Assembly (NCBI GenBank): GCA_951406725.2
Contig: OX597818.1
Coordinates: forward strand, 78,058,001 to 78,122,000
Length of the DNA: 64,000 bases
Source: Octopus vulgaris
Taxonomy: Eukaryota
Reading direction: 5' to 3'
Position 1 is the stretch's first letter, and the number at the start of each line of letters is the position of its first letter. Shown here in pieces: positions 55,832-64,000 of the stretch. The position numbers and the translations under genes were made by a program. The notes beneath the pieces are model-generated. The model ran no database searches. It saw only the letters and a list, made by a program, of their open reading frames with translations, and was not told the DNA's origin.

Positions 55832-56923
55832 TCTCTCTTTCTCTTTCTCTCTCTCTCTCTATATATATATATACACACACATACACACATACATGTATAT
55901 GACTTAGTATTTAGGGGTATTTGGTTCATAATTGTAAGGTTGTGAGTTCAATACCTGGCAATGTGTTGTGTCCTTGAGCAAGACACTTTATTTCAGGTTT
56001 CTCCAGTCAACTCAGCTGCAAAAATGAGTAGTACCTGTATTTCAAAGGGCCAGCCTCATCACATTCTGCGTCACACTGAACCTCCCAGAGAACTACATTA
56101 AGGGTATGTAAGTCTGTGGAGTGCTCAGCCACTTGTTCATTAATTACACAAGTATGTAGTTCTGTTGATTGGGTCAACTGGATCCCTTGTCTTTGTAACT
56201 GATGGAGTGCCACACATGCATGTATATATTGTATGGGTTGGTGAATATTTGTTTTCAAATGAAGAACAAAATACTCAGTACGTAAAGTAGCATATATTTT
56301 TCTCTTTTTGTAAAAATGTCAAGCTTCTTGAATTGATATTGACTTTCATGTTCTCAGTTATTCAAGCAATTGACACAGGAAAACAGCATGACAATATATA
56401 AACAAAAACAAACAAAACAACAGAAAGCTATTATATAAGATTTGATTGCTTGCCTAATAACTGTTGGAAAAAAAGCCTCTCACATTCATCATCATTATCA
56501 TCATCATCATCATCATCATCATCGTTTAACGTCCGTTTTCCATGCTAGCATTGGTTGGCCAGTTTGACCAGGGTCTGGGAAGCCAGGAGGCTGCACCAGG
56601 CTCCAGTCTGATCTGGCAGTATTTCTACAGCTGGATGCCCTTCCTAATGCCAACCACTCTGTGAGTGTAGTGGGTGCTTTTTATGTGCCAGGGAAAGCTG
56701 GCAGCAGCCACGATCGGTTGGTGCTTTTTACGTGCCACCGGCATGGCAGCCAGTCATTGCCGCTTTGACTTTCATGTAGAAAATATATCTACCACTTCAC
56801 ACGCAAAAAAGAAAATATATTTTCATGTATTCAGTACCACATGTGTAAAACACATGAAAGCAATAAAGTTTTAGTGTCAATGAATAATTGAGCATTTATT
56901 TACCTTATATTTTCATCTTTCAG

Positions 56924-57084
56924 AATACGACAAATACTTTAAGTGGAAAATAAACTATTTTAGTCTCCTTGTATTTGAAAATTCTTCTAGAAAAATCATT
57001 GGAAGTGTCTGCTTGTCCAGTGGTGAGAGACAAAGAGAATACTGCCTGGAGCCATCATTGTCACCAACAAGTGTTGTACAATAG
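56924..57084 (+). CDS. Candidate downstream or terminal exon
   Basis: tttcatctttcag acceptor. Phase-1 frame EYDKYFKWKINYFSLLVFENSSRKIIGSVCLSSGERQREYCLEPSLSPTSVVQ*. Alternative internal donor g|gtgaga near 57022. Confidence 0.5.
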
Positions 57085-58202
57085 ACCAATTGATTTTATA
57101 ATTGTTTTATCATTCTTTAAACTCCAGCTATATATATAAATGGATAGTGAGGTGATAGCATACTTCTTAAGTGTCTGAAGGTATATCCATACAGTGAGAA
57201 TTTTTTAAAAGTGATTTTCAATAAGCTTACAAATATAATTAACTAAGTAACTATATAAGCTCAGTAAACTAATATAAGAGAAGATAAATCATCAGGAAGT
57301 CAGATATTAAATTATTATGAATAGAGAGTGAGAGAGATTTTTACCATATCTGTACTGGAATGTTTTCTTCTGTTTATTCTGGCTATGGAAGCAGCAAATT
57401 TCTTGATACACCTGTAGTTCATCTTAACACTATTGCTGTTAAAGATTTTACAATATTTATGGTTGGTGAAGAAATGATTATTTATTCAGTCAAAGAAAAT
57501 CTTTATTTGACTGTCATTTTTCGTGTACAGCACAGTCCCATACCAACAGTCTTCTTTCTCTTGAATCACATGATTCTTCTTATACCCAGGTTTTTCTCTC
57601 AGTTCATATACACTCTAGTATTTGTGTACATTTAACATTATACATACAGTATAATATGCTTGCTTTATTTCTTTCCTGCACTGAAAGCCATTTATTTCAC
57701 CACCATGCAGCATTGCAATTCAAACACAAGCTTCATACTGTCTACCCTTCACTCTGAGGTAGAAGACCTATGTTGCTAGCAGAAGTAACAGTTCACTGAA
57801 GTTTTTCCACCTTGTTTTCACTCTGTCTACTATACTTTTGGAACATCCACCATCACAGCATATTAATGTTACCTATATAACAGATAACAGGAGCCCCTAG
57901 CTATGTCTAGAAAGTCTTTTGAGCATAAGAAGCAGATTCCTTACTTCTGATGTGTCCTTAGTGCTTATTGCCTCTGTGCAGCTTCCACATACAAAGTTTC
58001 TTCTCTCCATTAGCCTGTCTGTGATTCCACTACACCCCCTCTACATCTATAGCTTACACTGGGTACAACATCTTGAATTTTGATCTATTCATTTACTTCA
58101 TGTCAAGTGAGGCCATTTCCCTGAATGTAGGAAGGTTCTGTCATTTTCCCAATTTACTATAGACTTTGCAAAGCTTACTTAGAGGTCTTTTAATTCTAGA
58201 CT

Positions 58203-58631
58203 TTTATTCTTTTATTTGTTTGTCATTTGATTGTGGCCGTGCTGGAGCATCGCCTTTAGTCGAACAAATTCACCCCAGGACTTAGTCTTTGTTAGCCTAG
58301 CTTAGTACTTATTCTACCAGTCTCTTTTGCCGAATCGCTAAGTTACAGGGACGTAAACACACCAACATCGATTGTTAAGTGGTGGTGGGGAGACAAACAC
58401 AGACACACAAACATATATATATACATATATATATACATTTATATATATTTATATATATACACACAATAAGCTTCTTTCAGTTTCTGTCTACCAAATCCAC
58501 TCACAAGGCTTTGGTCATCCTGAGGATATAGTTAGTAGAAGACACTTGCCCAAGATGCCATGCAGTGGGACTTAACCCGGAACTACGTGGTTCGTAAGCA
58601 AGCTACTTACTACACACCCACTCCTGCACCT
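58203..58631 (-). mobile_element. SINE family A
   Basis: Collinear with 5030-5427. Confidence 0.83.
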
Positions 58632-58925
58632 ATGGTCACTCCTGTCACCATCTCTGAAATTTATCTCTCATACATATATATATATATATGTATGAGAGAT
58701 GTATATATATAGCATCACATTCATCTTTTAAAATATATCCTCCTTGCTAGTATGGGATGGATGATTTGTTACGATCCACTGGGTTTCAGGACAATATTGT
58801 ACTTCAATGGTACAGGCACACACACACACACACTCTTCCAGGGAACCAGAGAAAAGACTGATCAATGGGATTCAAATGTGTTCAATATGACGTAACTGTC
58901 TGCCTGCCTGTCTCTCTGTCTCTGT

Positions 58926-58964
<39 letters not shown>

Positions 58965-59207
58965 GTTTAATGTCCGTTTTCCATGCTAGCATGGGTTGGA
59001 CGGTTCAACTAGGGTCTGGGGAGCCAGTAGGCTGTGCCAGGCCCAGTCTGATCTGGCAGTGTTTCTACAGCTGGATGCCCTTCTTAATGCCAACCACTCC
59101 GTGAGTGTAGTGGGTGCTTTTTATGTGCCACCTGCACAGGTGCCAGACGAGGCTGGCAAACGGCCACGATCGGATGGTGCTTTTTACGTGCCACCAGCAC
59201 GGATATT

Positions 59208-59246
<39 letters not shown>

Positions 59247-59249
59247 ACG

Positions 59250-59954
59250 CAGGGTGTGGTGAATAAACTATTGTCTAAATTACACTAAAATGAAAATAAC
59301 ACTGACATCTCCTTTTAACAGATATATTTACCAAAATTACATAAAAACAATCTTGAAATACTAAAGAGTAAATTTATTCAATAAAATCACCATTGACTTC
59401 AACCATGGCCTCCAGATGACTTTGGAATCCTTTGCACCCTTCTGGACATGACTGGGTTCTTCTACTTGTGTGGCATGATGCAGAGTACTGTTGCCAGACG
59501 TAAGGTCTTCCAACAGCCACCCTTTTGACCCAGGGCAGTACTACCTCTTCCAGGCACTTGATTTAGGGCTCCATGTTGAGTGTGAGGCCGTGTAGGAAGA
59601 AGAATGGAGGCATAACGTCGCCATCACTAGTGATCATTCTAAACACCATGATCTTGACTAGATGTTTGATTTTTTTTTTACTCTTGGTACGTGTCCTCAG
59701 CTTGCACTCGTCTCAGATTGACACCCAAACACTCTGAAATGTTCATATTGGAGCTTCTTGCACAAATGCCAATCAGCACAACATGTGGTTTCCAAATTTC
59801 TGGCAGAGTGAATTGCATCATGGTGCTGTTTCTCTCATAGATGGTGCCCAACTGACCCTACTATACTGTCCAGTCAATAAAATCGAAAACAAAAAATGCA
59901 CATGTGTGAAATTTAAAATTTAAAATGGCAACAATTTACCTATCGCACCCTGTA
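59250..59954 (-). mobile_element. Internally deleted maT/DD37D-like transposon
   Basis: TIR cagggtg / caccctgta. IMVFRMITSDGDVMPPFFF..LPWVKRVAVGRPYVWQQYSASCHT. Confidence 0.85.
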
Positions 59955-59967
59955 TGTATATATATAT

Positions 59968-60604
59968 TCTTTCATTCTTTTATTTGTTTCAGTCATTTGA
60001 CTGCAGCCATGCTGGAGCACTGCTTTAGTTGAACAAATCAACCCCAGGACTTATTCTTTGTAAGCCTAGTACTTATTCTATTAGTCTCTTTTGCCGAACC
60101 ACTAAGTTATGGGGATGTAAACACATCAACATCGGTTGGCAAGCAATGTTGGGCACAAACACAGACACACAAACACACACATATACGATGGGCTTCTTTT
60201 AGTTTCCATCTACCAAATCCTCTCACAAGACTTTGGTCAGCCTGAGGCTATAGTAGAAGACACTTGCCCAAGGTGCCACACAATGGGACTACACATATAT
60301 ACATATATATATATTCTGTATATATATTACTTGCTTCAGTCATTAGGTTGCAGCCATGCCTGGGCACTTCTTGAAGAATTTTTAGTCAAACAAATCAACT
60401 CCAGTACTTCTTTTTTTAAAGCTTGGTATTTATTATATCAGTCTCTTCTGCTAAACTACTAGGCTACAGGGACTTAAGCATGCCAACACCAGTTGTCAAG
60501 CAGTGTTGAGGACACAAAAACATACACACATACAGACATACATTCAGACATGCATACGTACATACACATTTACACACATACATATATATATATATAATAT
60601 ATAT

Positions 60605-60671
<67 letters not shown>

Positions 60672-60812
60672 GGCTTTTTTCAGTTTCTATCTATTAAATC
60701 CACTCACAAGGTTTTCATTGGTCTGAGGCTACAGTAGAAGGCACTTATCTAAGGTAATATATAGTGGGACTGAAACTATGTGGTTGGGAACCAAACTTCT
60801 TACCATGCAGCC
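59968..60812 (-). mobile_element. Two tandem family A SINEs
   Basis: 59968-60290 and 60325-60812 are both collinear with 5030-5427. Confidence 0.8.
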
Positions 60813-61954
60813 ATATTGTCTGTCATGTTTGCTCATTTATACTTTAGCATTGTTTTGCTTTTGACGCCAACAAATTGAGCAATATTATAAATACAGCATT
60901 GAAATCGTGATGACTTTTGTTTGACAACTGATGAAGGGTGAGTGTGCCCACACCTGTTGTGATTTTTCATGCTCTCCATATGTTCTTTTGTCATCGTCCA
61001 TGCTAGATTTTACTATATATATATTAGAATTGTACTTAGAATAACCACCAATCTTTTAACTATCTTACATTAATCTTCAAATAAACTGTTTCCTCTCTTG
61101 TTAAAGTCTATGTTGAAAATGTTCACTGCCTTAGAATTAATTACATATTTTATTGATGATTCCAATAGTTTTCTACTAATTATTTGCAAACAGTGCCAGA
61201 TATACCTACAGACTCATACTGAAACCTTAGGCCTCAAAATCTAGAGGGACCTCCAGCAAACATATATTTTTGTCTCTATCATAAACATTTTGGGAAGCTA
61301 GAGGAACCCACAAATGCCAAGGGCCTCATCATCTAAATCCAGCTCTGTTTCTAGCATGCACTTTTAGTATTAGTTACTGATATAATCACTGTTTATTGAA
61401 TCATTCATTATTTTAATATTGATTATTTTCAGCTTATACATTAATTATTTATTTTATTCTCATAGCTAGAAGCATGAACTGTTGCTTTTTACTAATATAT
61501 TTTTCATTATACTCTTCTTTTCTTTTATTCTCATAATTGTTGTCTCCAAGTTGGGGTAACACCTTGAAGGCTTTAATTGATCAAGTTAATCCTAGTACCT
61601 TTTTAAGTCTGGCATATATTCAATTGGCCACTTTTTCACTGAAATGTTAAGTCATAGGGATGAAAACAAATTACACTGGTTATCAAATTGTAGAGTGGGG
61701 GACCAACATAAACACACACACACACACACATACTTACACCCCATTCACGCACTCTTACAGGATAAATATCCAAACAGTTTCTGTTGACCAAATCTATTTA
61801 CAAGGCTTTTGTTGGCTCAGGGCTATTGTAGAGGACACAAGCCCAAGGTGTCATTTAATGATATTGAACCTGAATCCATAGCATTGCAAAGCAAATTTCT
61901 AAGTCACATGACCATACCTGCATCTGTTCATTTTTCAATATGTTCTCTGTTTTA

Positions 61955-62145
61955 GGCGGCGAGCTGGCAGAAACATTAGCCCGCTGTGCAAAATGATAGC
62001 GGTATTTTGTCTGTCTTTACGTTCTGAGTTCAAATTCTACCAAGGTCGACTTTGCCTTTCATCCTTTTGAGGTCAATAAATTAAGTACCAGTTGCGTTCT
62101 GGGATCGATATAATTGACTGGCGCACTCTCCAAAAATTTCAATAG
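61955..62145 (+). mobile_element. SINE family B
   Basis: ggcggcgagctggcagaaacattagc...cctttcatcc. Confidence 0.8.
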
Positions 62146-62204
62146 AAAAGATATGTTCTCTGTTTTGAGAAAGATTGTAAATGTATTTGATTTTCTTTAA
62201 ATGA

Positions 62205-62700
62205 ATGATATTCAGAATGTTTATTACTGAACTGATTTATGGTTGTACTGTTTGTTTACAGAATGTTCATGCCTTTTTATGACTATGGTTTACTAACTTT
62301 TCACATATCTAATAACTTTTGTTTACAGACTGTTCACACTCCTAATAACTATTGCTTACAGAATGTTCATACAGCTAATATCCTGTATTTATGTAATATT
62401 CACAGTTTACTAATTATGATTTGCAGAGTATTCACTGACATACAGTGATTAATGTTCACTATTACACCAATGATTGTTCACAAATTGTTCACTTTTTGTT
62501 GTGATAATTGTTTACAGAATGCTCACTATTTTACTAACATTAGCTAGCATAATGTTCACTGCCATGCTGGTGATAGCCTACATATATTTTGCCTATGTTT
62601 TATTGATTGTTTACTGATTGCTGACAGACTTCACCAATGTTATGATGATTGTTTACAGAATGCTCATAGTATTGCTAACAAATGCATCTATAACACTGTT
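62205..62700. repeat. Diverged tandem repeat (about 30-bp unit)
   Basis: Recurring tgtttacagaatgttcac. Confidence 0.6.
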
Positions 62701-63310
62701 TAACTATTTTTGTCCTTTGGTAGCAACTGTTATTTCCTATTTGCTTAACCCTTGAAAGTATGAAAAATGGCTGATATTTCCTTCAAACTTTGCTTTTGTT
62801 ACATTTGTTCAAATCCCAAAGAATCCTTTTCAACTCATGGTGTATGATCAGAGATGCACATGTCAGCTACTTGGTAATATGCTCAAGTGGTTAAGGTCAA
62901 GCAACTGACAAGCAAATCTGTGGTACTGAGCAGAATATTTGCAATAATGATAATTCTGAAATTCAGCAGCTCAGCTGAATCTGTCTGAAGTGTAATGAAA
63001 AATAGGTCAGTTTCAAAACATTATTGTTCAGGTCACAAAAGCAAAGTCCGAAGGGAATAATAGTCATTTTCTTTGATATCTAGATAAAAGCAAATAGGAA
63101 ATAACACTTTCTGACCAAAGATGAAGAGAAAATGTTAAATGTTCACTACCTTGCTGAATATTGCCAGCAAACATTTCATTGATATATTATGAATTATTTC
63201 AAAATGCTCGCTTCATTTTTCTAAAAGCTGTTCACTTTTGCTGTTGAATATGCATAAATCTCTTTTAATTTACTATGTCAATTATAATATGGTTATTAAT
63301 GAAATATTTA

Positions 63311-63679
63311 TCTTCTTTTACTTGTTTCAATCATTGGACTGTGGCCATGCTGTGGCACTACTGTAAAGTGTTTAATTGAATAGATTGACTCCAGTACCTA
63401 TTTTTTAAGTCTGGTACTTATTCTATCAGTCTCTCTTGATGAACCACTTAGTTACAAGAATGTAAACAAACCAACACCAATTGGCAAGTGGAGGGATGGT
63501 AGACAAACATACACATACGTATACACACAGTTTCCATCTACCAGATTCACTCACAGGGTATTGGTTGGCCTAGGGTGATAGAAAAAGATATTTGTATGAG
63601 GTGCTACACAGCAGGACTGAACCCCAAACCATGAGATTGCAAAGTAAGCTTCTGAATCACACAGCCATGACTGTGCCTA
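63311..63679 (-). mobile_element. SINE family A (old, CpG-depleted)
   Basis: Collinear with 5030-5427. Confidence 0.75.
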
Positions 63680-64000
63680 TAAGGATGCTGTTTAAATGTT
63701 TACCAAATAATTTGATCTTTATCCTTTATGGCTATTGTGATAGAACTCATATTAGATAGCTGCTGCTTCTTATCACCTCCCTTAGGAGATACACACAACA
63801 CTATATTATTATGAAGACTTACCCATGTTGTTATACACTGCTAGTTACAATGCACTTCCTTGCCTTGTTATAGCTTTTGAATGAAGCTGCCTTGCTGGCT
63901 TGGCCGGGAGGCCAATATTCCTCATGAATGGAATGTCAGTCAATTACGTGGTTACCCATTTACAGCTGAGTAGACTGATGCAACAATAAATGATGGTTTG

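Noticed and set aside
60924-60962. acaaCUGAUGAagggugagugugccc..uugu as a hammerhead
   Set aside because: GAAA is absent; at best a heavily decayed relic.

Overview
AT-rich, microsatellite-dense animal genomic DNA with a 100-N gap at 31-130. The SINE families, the 5S-like sequence and the repeat content point to an octopus genome (inference). Most ORFs in the track are microsatellite artefacts. Transposon fossils dominate: a near full-length Penelope-like element (PLE) carrying a nested mariner and a nested hairpin element, other mariner, maT-like and Tigger remnants, two short Helitron copies, a Tx1/L1-like LINE missing its RT, a Dong/R4 3' end and many tRNA-derived SINEs. There is also a 5S rRNA pseudogene. 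A spliced + strand gene that the ORF track largely misses can be assembled from phase-compatible exons at about 40.4-57.1 kb: type II signal anchor, Ser/Thr/Pro-rich stalk and an LDL-receptor class A module. The most interesting signal is a set of short non-coding fold-back elements, most of them adjoining (TA)n tracts. Several carry hammerhead-ribozyme motifs of a shared atypical form, CUGAAGA-U-[stem II, sometimes very long]-U-GAAA-short stem III. The copy at 13119-13197 (minus strand) appears structurally complete. All analysis was by eye, so repeat boundaries are approximate.
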